Shown piece after piece: positions 27,782 through 48,420 of a stretch of 64,000 bases of DNA. A program made the position numbers and the translations under genes. Below the pieces are notes generated by a model that saw nothing but the letters and a program-made list of their open reading frames with translations, ran no database searches and had not been told where the DNA came from. This DNA is from the human T2T-CHM13v2.0 reference genome, Homo sapiens. How positions within the stretch are numbered: the stretch's first letter is position 1; each line of letters opens with the position of its first letter. Where the stretch lies: the NCBI RefSeq assembly GCF_009914755.1, contig NC_060930.1; one strand, 5' to 3'.

Positions 27782-28563
27782 TAACCTAAAACAGCCTCTC
27801 AGTCCAGCCCCTGGCTGCACATCCGTTCACGTCTCAGCACGCAGAAGCATCTTTGCAATGGACCAGTGGCCCTGGGTGACCTCTTAAACAACTCCAAGAC
27901 CCACAGTGAGATGCCAGGCGCCTCAGACCTGGCTGCTCGCTTGACTCCCCTCCCATCGGAGCAGCTCTGGTCCAGTTCCATCAAGAACCCACGGGATCCA
28001 CACAGACTCTGAAGTCCGCCTTCCTTCCCAGTTCCCTCCTCCCCTGTCCCATTGGCAACATCAGCCACAGCCCTTCCCTTCCTCTCTTTACCACTGGCTT
28101 TTCTCAAAGGCAAGAAATTGGGCTTAGATTTATAAACACATCCTTGAATTCAGAACCTAATGGAACTTGTTCCCGGGAAATGTGAAAAGAGAGAAGTTCA
28201 CCAGGTGCCTGCTAGCTGCTCCGAGCGGGGCTGGGAGCAGACACAGACACTGAACAACGTAAGCTTTCAGTGGCAAATCACCCCGGAGCCCTGCGGTTCT
28301 CAATCTGACAGCTGCTGACTTGCTGCTGTCGGGGAACCAATCTGGAGTGAGAATTGGGGTGCAGAGAAAATCCGTAAACTTAGTTGCTCCCTGCGCTATG
28401 ACGGATCCATTTCCCATCCCAGGTGAACCGCAGCTCTGCGTCCTGGTTGTATAAGGAGACTACTGCATCATCTCTCTAACTTGGAATAAATATGCAGATT
28501 TCATCCAAATTGTCTACAGAAGACAATTTTACATAAAAATGTTACTGTTGAAAAGTTTTTTCA

Positions 28564-29043
<480 letters not shown>

Positions 29044-30800
29044 CTAGCAGGTCCTGCAAGCAGGCAACAGGCCAACAGTGTCAACAGCTGCTGTCTTCTC
29101 CAGAGGGCCCCCCACCTTCTCCCATTCTCCTGTGGTGGTCACTCACTTCTGAGCTCCTGGTGTCACCTGCTTTTACAGTGAATGAATATTTGAGTAAATA
29201 AGTGAGCACCTCTCCAAGTTGAGGCCGCAGCTTACTGGAGCTGTCACATAAAAGGAAATGTGGTGAGCTCTGGAGATAGGAATGAAAAGCATTTTAAAGA
29301 TGATATTCATTCAATAACTACTCCCTGTGTGCCCACCCCCATGCACTGTGAGGTGTTGGAGCAGCACCAGTGAGCAGCACAGATCAGGCACCTGCTGTCC
29401 TGGGTGCAGCAACTCGTTGGGGAGACGGACCAGGGCCACGCGATCATGCAGTCACTCTGCAATCATGCTCTGAGGCCTCCCATGGAGGACTGCGCTGGCT
29501 GCAATGATGGTGGGGCCAGCACACCTCAAAGCAAAGCAGCTATTTAGGGCACAAAGCAATGTGTTCTGAGGGGACAGAGGGCCATTGTGAGGACGTGTGG
29601 CGTGCCTTTGTACAGCTTGGATCCTGAACATCTCAATTGTCCTAATGAAATCCAGTGGGAGGATGTAGAAGGGAATTAAAGGGACACACTCCAGCAGTCA
29701 GGCCTGGTTTACAGAGGTCCTGATGGCAAGGCAATCAAAGACTGTGGCTTTACTTCCATTACCTCCCCTCATTAAATACAAGCAGATCTGCAGAAAACAT
29801 CATCCAAAGGGCTTCCCCTGAGTTTGACTGTACTGGGAAAACCTGGAAGTAAGTGCTTAATGCTCAAGACTGGGTGACCACACAGAAAAGACCCCAGTGT
29901 GTGGTCCTGGAAGAATATTCCCGTTTGGAGATGACTGCATTCTGAAAACTCAGGACTACGCACACAGCTGGCTAAGACAGTATTTCCTGCTTCAGGAGAA
30001 ACACTGGGAAGAGATGGCGCACAGAGGAAACATGTGATACGGTGCAGCTGCCTCCCTGTGAGGCCAGGGCTGGGACCAAGAGCACTGCCTGGAACCAGAG
30101 AGTGGGAGTCCAACCCCACTGGCCACCTACTCATGTGTGACCTTGGCCAAGATACTCAAACTCCTGTGCCCCTCGCCTGCACAGTGGGTGTGATCTAGGG
30201 TTAGGGAGTCAGTGAATGAAGAGCTTGAAGTGCAGCCTGGATCACGGTGAGGCCCACGTGAACCTCAGGCATCACCGTCATCCCTGCCTCAGCGTCCCTG
30301 CGCTCCGGTTAATGAATTCTTTACCCGTTGCAAGTAACGAAAATTCTTAATTTCTTTTGATTAAGGCCAAAGTATTTTTTTGGCTAAAGTTGGTAAAAAT
30401 GATTTTAGACCCTCAAAGGGTAGCAGAGTCAGCCACCCCAAAATATGCTGCTTTGGCATAAGGATTATTTGGAGCTGAAAACAACTGAAAAGATGCAGAT
30501 ATAAGCAAAGCTCTCTGCCCTCCCCTTCTTTACCTAAAAGGAGGATATAAATGGGTAAAGGTGTCCCTCCTGTCCTCTCTGCCTGGAAGGATGGAAGGGA
30601 AACTCCTCTAGATGCTTACAGCCTGGAGAAGCTTCCAGAATAATCTCTATAACAAATGTTCCTAACTAGCCCTCATCTTCTGTTAGTTTCCCATAGACTT
30701 AGCTTCCCACAGTCTGCTGCCTTAGAAACACAGTCCTTTTTCTTTGTCTTCTTTAAAAATTATTATTCTTTTTAAAATTTAAAAAATTTTAAAATTTGAG

Positions 30801-34980
<4,180 letters not shown>

Positions 34981-34989
34981 ATTTTTAAA

Positions 34990-35273
34990 TTTGAGACAGA
35001 GTTTTGCTCTGTCGCCCACGCTGAAGTGCAGTGGCGTGATCTTGGCTCATTGCAACCTCTGCCTCCCAGGTTGAAGCGATTCTCATGCCTCTGTCTCCTG
35101 AGTAGCTGGGATTACAGGTGTGTGCCACCAAGCCTGGCTAATTTTTGTATTTTCAGTAGAGATGGGGTTTTGCCATGTTGGCCAGGCTGGTCTCAAATTC
35201 TTGACCTCAGGTGATCCACCTGCATCAGCCTCCCAAAGTGCTGGGATTACACGTATGAGCCACTGCATCCAGC
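34990..35273 (-). mobile_element. Alu whose tail end is interrupted by the L1
   Basis: TSD aaaattattRttctttt at 30756-30772 and 35274-35290. Confidence 0.9.
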
Positions 35274-35480
35274 AAAATTATTGTTCTTTTGTTAAAATGC
35301 TATATAAGCTCAAGTTCTAACAACTCCTTGGAGTTATTCATGGCTGGGTGCTCCCGTGTGTATGTGAGATGCACATGTTAATAAACTTCTGTTTTTCTCT
35401 TGTTAACCTGTCTTTGGCCAGTCTTGTTTATAGGGCCTCCACCGAAGAACTAAGATGGGCAGAGGGAAAAAAGAATTTTT

Positions 35481-35791
<311 letters not shown>

Positions 35792-35976
35792 GGGAAGAGA
35801 ATTTTTCTTCCCTTGCACCGTCACTGAGCCTCCAGACACAAGAGAGACGATGGTGGCACGGAAGGAATTCCAGGACAATCCGCGTTCTCAGCTCTTGAAC
35901 CCATAAACCCTTGTGGTTTTGGTTCCTGCCCTGAAGCTCCCTCCTCCCCGAAGGCTGCCCCAGGCATGGCTCCTAC

Positions 35977-36135
35977 CCCCTGGGAATGGAGGTAGTCCAT
36001 GGTCTTGGTGATGGTGCACAGGACGTCACTGGCTTCGCGCTCCGAGAAGTATCTCTGCCGGAGGATGCGGTCCAGGAGCTCCCCACCACGCATCAGCTCC
36101 ATTACCAGGTACACAAACTTGCCATCATCATAGAC
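35977..36135 (-). CDS. RPS6KA2: RPS6KA2 exon: [53 protein letters not shown]
   Basis: Within ORF 35821..36159(-); ccgcag|GTC ... GGG|gtagga; 159 nt. The Met gatekeeper (YLVMELM) distinguishes RSK3 from RSK1/2/4, which have Thr. Confidence 0.97.
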
Positions 36136-36404
36136 CTGCGGAGTGGAGAAGGGGCGCACACGTCACCACGGCTGGTTGCTGTGAAAGAGCAACTACTCCA
36201 GAGGGGACAGGAGAGGGAAGTCAGAGGGGAGAGGCTGGGACCACAGGGTCCTATGGGAGTGCAAACAAGGCTTCTGCAGGGTAGAAGCAAATGGCCATTC
36301 CTGTCATACCATATGTGCTCTTTTTAGGAAGAAAACGGCTTTAATAATCTGCTGCTAAGCAGGGACTGAGTAAGGACATACAAGATGGGCGTGTCCTTAG
36401 CTGA

Positions 36405-36985
<581 letters not shown>

Positions 36986-37116
36986 GCGCTGGGAGCACAG
37001 AGAGGCTAGGCAGAGTCCAGGGCGAAGTTACATATCAGAGCCGTGCTGTTGCTTCAGAGAAGCAATAGAAAAAGATAGTTTTCTCCATACTGGCTTTTAT
37101 CTCATAAACTAAATAA

Positions 37117-37680
<564 letters not shown>

Positions 37681-37747
37681 TAATTCACACAAGCTCTCTC
37701 TTCCTCTGTTTTACTTGCTCCCTCCATGACTGGGGCGGTGGCTGTCA

Positions 37748-38047
<300 letters not shown>

Positions 38048-38232
38048 CTACTTTAGGCTTTCGGGTGGTATCTGCTGGTGGACCATTGAGTTTGGATAAA
38101 GTCTGGCCCCAGGTGGCCCAATCACTACAATCTCACACCCGACCAAGAGATAACCTGAGATTGTCTGGAGATTCATGGCAAGTCCTTTCTTTGACAACTA
38201 GTGTAAGATTTACATCTACAAAGAGGAGTACA

Positions 38233-38536
<304 letters not shown>

Positions 38537-39286
38537 GGAGTACAAGACTTCAGACATGAATTTTAAGGTGTTATAAGGTTGGGTGGAGACACGTGTAGGG
38601 AGCTCATGCAAGTGCCACCAAATAACAGACTGTGTCCCACCCTCGCAGTGGGCACCATCCACAACAAGCCTCCAGCCACTGTGCACCTTCTGCCTTGTTC
38701 CGGGAATTACAAACCAGCCACAAAATGAGGTGAGGCGCATGGCTCTCACCAAGAGATGCTGGGGATGGTGCGCAGGCCAGACCTGCCTTGCTGTTTAGAC
38801 ATATGCAAGCTCCCCTCCCCCGCCCAGCATCTGTATCCGATGTCTTAGGATAACAGATAAAGTTGCTTCAACCCCATGGAGACATATGGTTTCTGAGGAC
38901 AGGGTGTTGGGATTTAAGCCTACCTTGGAAACAGGAAGTCGCTGTTGGTCCCTGGTGGCTAATCCCTCTGGAGGTGCCTAAGTCCCGCCCTTGCCGCCCC
39001 TGCTGTGGGGACGGGACCAGTGGGAGGAGGGCACCACACTCATGGGAAATTGGCAACATGCAACATGTATTTTGCAAACAACACTCAGAGCAGAAGAAAA
39101 GCGATTGGAAACACCTTCCTAACCATGATTTGTACTATTCTCACATTAGTTCAACCTAATTTTAAAATAGTCTCTATTTGGAGACCGTGCAGTCATTTTA
39201 CTACTAGAATATGAGGGTGACTTGCTTTTAACTTCTATCATGTCAAAGTCTCTAGGCAGAGCTTTGCATAAAACTCTATTTCGTTA

Positions 39287-39582
39287 ATTTTTTTTGGAGA
39301 CAGGGTCTCACTCTGTTGCCTAGGTTGGAATACAGTGGTACAAGCATAGTTCACTGCAACATCAAACCCCTGGGCTCAAGTGATCCTCCTGCCTCAGCCT
39401 CCAGAATAACTAGGACTACAGAGGTGTGTGCCACCCTACTCAGCTAATTTTTAAATTCTTTGTAGAGATGATGGGGTCTTGCTGTGTTGCCCAGGCTGGT
39501 CTCTAACTCCTGGCTTCAAGTGATCCTCCTGCCTCAGCCTCCCAAAGTGCTGAGATTACAGGCATGAGCAACTACACCTGGC
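39287..39582 (-). mobile_element. Alu (AluJ-like, diverged)
   Basis: gggctcaagtgatcctcctgcctcagcct is AluJ-type. Confidence 0.88.
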
Positions 39583-42500
39583 TATTTCTTTACTTTAGAG
39601 AACCAAACGCTTGGGTAGCATTTGACTCACTGCTCATAATCTGTCCCCTGGTCACCCTTCGTCCACTCCCCGTCACCGTTATAAAAACTCACCATAGTGC
39701 CAGTTCTCACCCCATTATAGTTTCAAAGGATGCTCTGCCACGGCCACCATTCAGCTGTGACTGCATCAGTGGCCCATGATCTGTGAGTCCTAATAGCCTG
39801 CGTTGTAAACAGGCAGAAGAGTTAGGGTCCCTTTCTGGACATAGAATTTCTCTCCTTCTGCTGCATTTAATTCTACTGAAGTTTTAGCTAGGACACTAGG
39901 ACTAATTCTATTGCCAACATAAATGCATCATTCTCAAGTAGAGACTTTTAAAACGATCATTCAAGGAGGGGTGGGGGACTTTCCCTAACATGCCACAGCC
40001 TAAGCAGGTCCTGGGAGGCTGGTCCTGCACTGCTTGTAGGGAAGCTGGCTGTCAGGTACCCAAACTCCTCTGCTCCTGTCTGCCTGTGGGCATCCCGTCT
40101 ATCGGGGCCGGGATCCTGTCTTTGCAATTAGAGAAGGTTAAAATACATTTATAAATTTATAAAAGAATTCAGTAGAAGATTTTTTCGCAAATATGATTTC
40201 ATGATAAAGGGATGTGTTCTTAGCATGAATCTGTTTTATCACTCTCACAGTGGAACAAGATGCAGAGTAAACAAGAAAGTGGGAGCTTTTTCTCCACCGC
40301 CACGGACCATCTTCAAGATACAAGGAGTAAAAAAGGCCGACGCGAGCAGGTGCATCCTACGCCATCCCTTGTTTTAAAAATGGAGAGAAGAATGCAGATA
40401 GACGCATCCATTTCCTTGTGGGTGCATAAAATAACCCTGGAAGGAAGGAGGAAACATTTAATTGCCTTGCCTTCCTGTGAGGAGGGGAACAGGGTGCCTG
40501 GGGGCCCATGGGTGGGAGGGAAACTTTGCTGTATCCACATGAATTTTTAAAAATTTTGAACCACAAGAATATATTGTCTATTCAAAATATGAAATAAAGA
40601 ATTCCAAAATTTCAGCTTACTATTTTGTAAGCTGAAATTGCAGGACAACGTGACTATTATTTTAAAGAATCTGGGACTACAGATGGCTGCCCTCTCAACC
40701 CTAGTATCTATTTTATTTCTATGTGTTCTTTTGTTGTGAGTCTTCAGAAAAATTCTGACTTACAATGATAAGTATTTGTAAACAGTTTTCAAAGACAGAT
40801 TACCTTAAACTCTTGCTTACTTTAAAAACTATCTTAAATTGTAATAAAAGCTAGCATGTATGTGCACATGTGAGGCACACTGGATTTCAACCCATCGGAG
40901 CCAGTGTCCTGGTCATTTGCTAGAATCTGATACACATTTAAGCATGCATGTTGACTTTCATTACATTTTCAACATATTAGTTACGCCTTTCAAAATCATG
41001 TAATTGCTTGGTGGAACCCCCAAAGCACCTCTGTCAACAACCAAACACCACACACCAGCTGTTCGCTGAGGTGGCATTTGGGGAAATGGAGGAAAATGAA
41101 AGAAGCTCCCAGGCTGAGGTCCTGTGGGGACAGGAGCTCATCTGGAGGAGACTCCAAGGGGCCCACGAGTGCTGCTGTTTCTCACCACAGGGTAGAGCCA
41201 GCGGTCTTTCAGCAAACATCTGGTTTGCTCCTGAGGGGAAGTCACGTTTGCTGTCTCAGGCGACAACACTGCTGTGGGTGTGGGTGGCTTGGCCTGTGGC
41301 CATGTCACTTGCTGGTACTTGAATGTGGGTGTCTGCAGGCTCAGCTCCCGTGGAGGGCTGGAAAGGTGGAGGAAGGCGTTGCTCCTGGGGAGGCCACGTG
41401 CTGCGTGGTTGGCGGCCCAGCCGCTGAGCCAGTCTGAGCCCCAGCTGAGACCTGGCCTCCCTGTCCACTCCCTGTGGGGTTGCAGGAGCTCCCTGGGCCT
41501 CTCTACACCTAGCTTTCTTCATCTGTAAAACTAGAAAACACCAGGCACTCCTCTGGCTCACTGTTAAGATTCAACAAATTAATATGAATCGATCCCTTCA
41601 TACTCTCCCTGGTACACAGAAAGCACTTGGTACAAGTGAGTTATTCCTATTACAGAGATAAAATAGAATTACCCTGACACCGCCAGGCAAGGGACTAAGC
41701 AGCTGTGACCTGCCACGTTTACAGCCCTGAAATGCTGCTTTCGGTCCTGTCTGAATCCTCACTGCGAGTCCGTGCCATGAAGCAGTGTGATGTTTAAAAC
41801 TAATGTCAGCAGTAGAGCGTGTTTCAGTTAAAGCCCCAGAAAAAAAAAAAAAAAAAAACCTCAGATGTCACACCAACTGGGTCAACCCAGAGGCCTTAAT
41901 TAAAGGATCGTTTGCAAAGGAGTAGAGTGGCTGGAGGGTCACTGGCCGGCCAGCAAGGCACAGTGTAATGCCTTGGGGGCAGTCCTGGCTCTCAATGCCA
42001 AAGAGCTGCGCAGGGTCAGTCACAGGACCAGAAGGGGCTGCATGGGGTGGGGAGGTGCGCCCTGACAGGGGCTGTGGGCAGAAAGGCCTCGGCCCGACAC
42101 TTCTCTTCCCACTCTTGTCCTGTGGTGTCTGTCTCGCACTAGCAGAACTGCCCAGGAGCCAGAGGCATGGAAGTGGTCCCTAACAGTCAGCCTCCTGGCT
42201 TCCTTGCCTCCTGGCCTCCCAGCCTCTGAGGCACAGGGCAGCGAGGAGGGTGGGTTTGCATGGGAAATGGCGCTCCCCGTCCTGGAAGGGAAGTCCCACA
42301 GACTGGGGTCTCTCCTGCCTCAGCCTCCCGAGTAGCTGGGATTATAGGGCACATCCTGGAAGGGAGTCGTGGCGGGAATAGGTTCTCACACGACCCTCCT
42401 GGGCTCCCGCCTTCCCCTGACCCGGGAGAATTAATCCAAATCAAGCCAAGGCTCTGAGATGAAGTGGCAAGGCAGTTCTGACCCAGCGTTTCCGTCCCGG

Positions 42501-43288
42501 ATGCTGTCAGGAAGTGCTGGCTGCTTTTCCCTGTAACTTTTTCTGAAAAAAAAATTTTTTTTTTTTGCTTTTGTTTTTATTTTTGCATGGAGGGTGAGCT
42601 ATTTGAGCAAGGTAAGGCTGGAGAGTGCTAACGCAGGAGTGGGCAGTGAGGTGTGGCTACAGTCCTGGAGTACATGACCTGGATCTGCTGCGGGCAGCCG
42701 GGGTTTGGACACACTGTTTAGGAGCACCAGGGAGTGGGCCCCAAGTGCCTGCCAGCGCACTTCTTCTCTATGGGGTCGGTTTCTTGGGGTTGACCGTGTT
42801 GGTCTTACTCTTATTAGAGCAAGCTCTGGTGGACGGCGTTCCTCATTCTGAGAATAATATTGTTTTATAATCTTTATTATGCAACAAAACAGGGAGGCCT
42901 TCTCAGCAAGCGTGGTGATGAACAAGGCCTCCCCTCCAGGCTGACGCTCAAATAATGCTGACGCGCCACGGAGTAGGAGTGGTGTCGTGGGGCGGGGGAC
43001 AAGCTCGCTCAGCTTTCTTTTTCTCATCTGGCAACAGCTGGTTAGAAAGGACTCCTACAACCTCCAGAGAAGGGCATTCTCCAGGGGTTGGCCACCCACC
43101 ACAGCCGGTAAATAAACTTTCCATGGTGTTGCCACCGAGCAGGCTGAATATTTCCACCTTCCTTAGAGATGCTGAGTCTAGGGGTCTGAATATCCACGAA
43201 GCAATTCTGGGTTCAACATGGATGGCACACCACCATGATCTTCCTGAGCACGGACACATGCAGCCATGTGCCAAACAAACACTGCCAT

Positions 43289-43398
43289 TCCTGCTGGCCG
43301 AAGGCGACAACAGGAGACTTCGCTGCTCTTGATAACACCTTTCCTCCTGCTGGCCGAAGGCGGCAACAGGAGACTTCACCGCTCTCGATACACCTTTC
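43289..43398. repeat. Tandem duplication of a 56-bp unit
   Basis: tcctgctggccgaaggcgRcaacaggagacttc at 43289 and 43345. Confidence 0.9.
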
Positions 43399-44614
43399 TG
43401 GTCTTTGCGTTTCTCTACCTTCCCTGTCTTTCTTGTCTCTCTCCATCAGTGGAGACACCGTCTCCCGGGACACTCAGCAACCTGAGCAGATGGCTTTGAG
43501 GCAGTAACTACGCGGGCAGTGGCATGAGCTCACAGGCTTGCAGAACACTCCCACTAGGCAGGCCATTTCCCTTGACTTGCCGAAAGGATCAGTATCGTAT
43601 TTGACACAAAGGTAGGAGAGCATGTAATCATTTGTAAAATTTAACAGACACCTTCTCCTGTAAAATTAATTTAAACTAATGACAGAGAGAAAGAACTCCT
43701 GTTTTATCCTGGTAGAAAAAGTTAAAATTTCCAAGCTCATCAGTTCTCCTTCTAAAAATAAGCTCTATTCATGCCGAACATCTGTCTTAATTCCGTTTCT
43801 TTTTTTGGTTGGCAAATTACACACACAGTGTGAAGATGGGCACAGAAACACCACGTTCTTTTCAACGGTCTCACGTGAGTACAGACTGGAGCCTCCTCAG
43901 GAAGGCTGGCCCGCGCTCCAGGCCTGCGTGGTCACGCCGCGTCACTACAGTTAACAGCTGGGTGACACATATTCTTGCACAGTTCTAAGGATCTCACTTT
44001 ATTTCTTATCAGATTCTGTTGCTAAAGCAAACTAAGGTACTTTCAATACCATAACAACAAAAATTTGCTACCGAAAAGGGAGAGTAGCTGCATCTTAACT
44101 CATGTGCTTCTTTCTAGGAAAACCCAGCCCCACTGAGCTTGTGCGGTCTTCTTCTCCTGCACGAGCTTTCAGACAATTGAAGGGAAATTTACAAGTGGAA
44201 CAGTCAGTGAACAGGCACCTATATTGGTACCATGTGTTTGAAGATACAACAGGCCAAGAGAAAGAGCCAAACCAACTGTAAAGCTCATTTAATTTCAGAT
44301 TCCGGAGATGCACTCCACTTTTTGGTATAGTTTCTGGTTCTGTCATTGACACAATTCCTAAATGGCTAAGCTGTGAGCTCCCTGGAGCAGGTTTGTGTTC
44401 TCACCTTGCCCTGCGTCTGTTGCAGTAAAAGCGTCCAATTAAAACAAAAAAATTCTCAATGAATGAAAAAAGTAACCAGCTTCCTGAACAAGGGGATTGC
44501 TGCAGAAAGAAATGGATTCCAAAGGCACGAAGTGCTCTGTTGAAGAATTATATTATAAACCCCGATTTTAAAAATTTGAATTTGAAGGAAAGCTCCTGAT
44601 TCATATTTTTTCTT

Positions 44615-44935
44615 GTCTTTATTTTTAATTAATTAATTAATTAATTAATTATTTGAGATGGAGTCTCTCTCTGTCGCCCAGGCTGGAGTGCATGGCACAA
44701 TCTCGGCTCACTGCAACTTCTGCCTCCCAGGTTCAGATGATTCTCCTGCCTCAGCCTCCTGAGTAGCTCGGATTACAGGCACGCGCCACCATGCCTGGCT
44801 AATTTTTGTATTTTTAGTAGAGACGGGGCTTCGCCATGTTGGCCAGGCTGGTCTCGAACTCCTGACCTCAGGTGATCCAACTGCCTTGGCCTTTCAATGT
44901 GCTGGGATTACAGGCATGAGCCACCGTGCCCGGCC
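44615..44935 (-). mobile_element. Alu (AluS) with (TTAA)n-type tail
   Basis: Antisense Alu. Confidence 0.93.
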
Positions 44936-45914
44936 ATATATTTTTCTTTTAATCAACACTTAGCCTTTCACTACCAAATATTTATGCTAAATGAAGATAA
45001 GGAGCCCCTTCATTGTGTGCTGAAATTGAGTGAGCTCCTGCCATGTGCCCGACTTTGTTGAGGTGCTGGAACTATAGCAAAAGCAAAGCTTTTGTTGCCC
45101 TGGAGTGGCTGCCCTCACAGGGCCGTGCACACAGACAGTGAACAACCCATGCAGGGGGAACGTGCCATAGGGAAGATGGTGTGGGTGAGGGGGGCTGCTG
45201 GCTGCAAAAGATGGAGGCGGGGAACTAAAATCAGGGCATCCTGTGGGCTTTGGGTGCATATTTGTGTTCTCTGGTTGGTCCTGACTTGGAAGCAGGGACA
45301 GAACTTAGGAAGCTGTCAGTCATTCATCAAGTCCTGGCCATGTGGGGCTGACTGTCACAGAATTTATAGTTCAGCTTCCTGGGCTGTCACTAGAGATAGC
45401 AATCTGGCTTCCTGCAAGCCTGACACAGCTGCTGGCCTCCCGAGCTATGTATTGTAGATAAAGGGGCTGGCTGCAGGTGTGGGTCAGACTTCTGTCGGGC
45501 ACCCAGCCTGGCCACCATCTGCTGTGTATCCACTCTCAGCCCCCAGAGCCCGCGGAAGGAACCAGCCTTGGGGACACTGGACTTTAGCCCAGTGAGACAG
45601 ATTTCAGAATTCTGACATCCAGAGCTGGAAGACAATAAGCTCAGGTTGTTTTAAGCCACTAGATGTGGGGTAATGTGTTGCATTCCTAAACAATAGGAAA
45701 CTAGCCTGTGTTGAAAGACCGGGGAGAGGTTTGCAGTGGGAGAGTTGAGAGCCAAGTTTTGGCTGGTGGGTGGGAGCCTGTGAGATGGGCTCGGGGACCC
45801 GGTAGTGGGCAGAAGGCACATGCTACATCTTATTGCTGATGACCGTCCTCCGCCACATGCCTGCTGGGAGGGGCTGAGCATACGAGAAACAAAACCATAA
45901 GCCAATCACATTAA

Positions 45915-46424
<510 letters not shown>

Positions 46425-48420
46425 TTAAATCATCCAGAAAGGCAGCTTCCCAGTGTGTGTTTCGAGGAGATACAAATGCCCAACCAATTCCACTGAGGAG
46501 CTTCTTTGATTAGAGAATGCCTGTGCAGAGACACAGGCTGGACAGAGCATCTATTCTGGCAGGCGATACAGTCATTTTCCCGTCTTCGAGTCTCTCTCTT
46601 CTGGTGGAAGAGAAATTTATGCCACCGTTTTCCTCAGTCATGCAATCTGTTACCAAAGCTGCCCCGTCTCCTTCCTTGTCCATCTAAATGTTGCTTTCTT
46701 TCTTTTCTATTTTCTATTTTATTTAACTGCTCCTAGTCCCGGCCTCTGTGCCTGTGAACGCTCCTTTCTCTGTTTCCACTGTGGCTGTGAAGGCATCTAC
46801 AGCCTCTGCCTGTCTCTGCACCACTGCTGTTCTTGAGATGGTTCATGTTGCTCCTTCACATAGCTCAACTCTCAACTGCTGTTTCTCTTTGCTTCAAATT
46901 TTCACATGATTTCTATGAAAAATGCATTTTGATCCCTAAAGACAGGACTGGCCTGGACCTCTCTCTTCCCAGGTTTGGCCACAGTGGTTTGACTCAGCTG
47001 CACAGCCACCTCTGTTCCCCAAGACGGGTGCAGCTAACACCCCACGTGATACTGGGAAGCCCCATGGTGAAACCATCCACTGCTTTCTCAATGGCTTAGA
47101 ATTCTTTGCAGGACCTGGCACTGGATCCTCTGGAGTGAACTTGAACACAAGCTCCCCTGAGTCCTCTCCTTCTCCGGCCCCGTGCGGCTCACTGCAGCGC
47201 CCAGCGTTAGGCCATGGGCTCTTTCAAGATGTAGCTTCTGCAACAAGCCCAGGTGCTGCCCTGAGGACGAGCAGGCTGTGATCCACAGGAGCCGGGGCTA
47301 GTGCTGCCAGTGACCTCGGAGCACAGACTGAAAACAAAGGTCTACATGAACGCAGACCATCCTGAATGCTGTGGGGAAGGAAGCTGGAGCAGCTGCCGGG
47401 GGCCGGGGGCCGGGACCCTGGCTAGGGGCCTCGCAGCTGAGTGCTGGAGGAACCAGGTGCACTGTGCCTTTGGAGGTGAAGTTAGAGGAAGCGGTCCGGC
47501 TGCCGCTCAGCACTTACACAGCTGAACCATGGCCCACTTGGTGGCAGCAGGACCTTTCACTGGGGTACACCCAGACTCATAAGACCAGGAGACTCAGGTG
47601 CGATTTTACATAGAGCTCCACTTGCACCTGGCACACCTTCCCCTTACAGCCTAGGGACTTTGGCTATTTATCAAACAATGGATTTTTCTTGCAGGTCCCA
47701 TGACTTGAGCTTTCCAGCTATTCTGAAGCCCAGCCTTACTGCCCAGCCCCATCTGCTCTGAATACTGCCTCATTCTTTCATGGTTTGGGTACTCTGAGAT
47801 GCATAGAGCATCTGGCTGAAACAGAACACTGGGGCTCCCCGCCTTATGACGAGTGAGTCTGCTGGACAGGGGTCGAGAGTGTGCACTCGGGGTCTGACTG
47901 CTTGGACGGGAACCTGCTCTCTCACTGACCGGCTGCGACTTCTCGCATATGTGTTGAACCGTTCTGAGTTTCTGTTCCCTCATGGGGATAATGAAAATAA
48001 TTACACCGTGGGATGCTGTGAGGATTAAATGACTTCACACATACAGAGCGCTTATAGCAGTGCTTGGCACGTACTGAGTATGAAGTATTTACTCTCGTCA
48101 TCCTCGTAACTCTCGTCACCATATTCTATCTAACGCCTGCAGCTCCTGGTCTCAGGAACTTCAGTTCTCGGGCAGTTTCCTCTTCATATGTGTACTGACG
48201 TTGGTGTTTTGCAAAAGAGGGTCAAGGTGGCAAAATTGGCACTCGAATGATGTAATGTAGTTTTATGCCTATTATGACATCTATAATAAATAAAAACTTC
48301 AGTCATTAGTAGAGATGGCCAAGAGCTCTCTCAAGGTATGTGTATTAAGCTTATGAGAAGGGGAGATACTAGTGACACAAGCTAACATTTCTGTAGTGAA
48401 TTAGCTATGATATGTGTAGA

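Noticed and set aside
41440-41650. Probable MIR/L2 remnants (also near 640-830, 4000-4600, 19560, 26620, 30130, 47930)
   Set aside because: Too diverged to give boundaries without an HMM search
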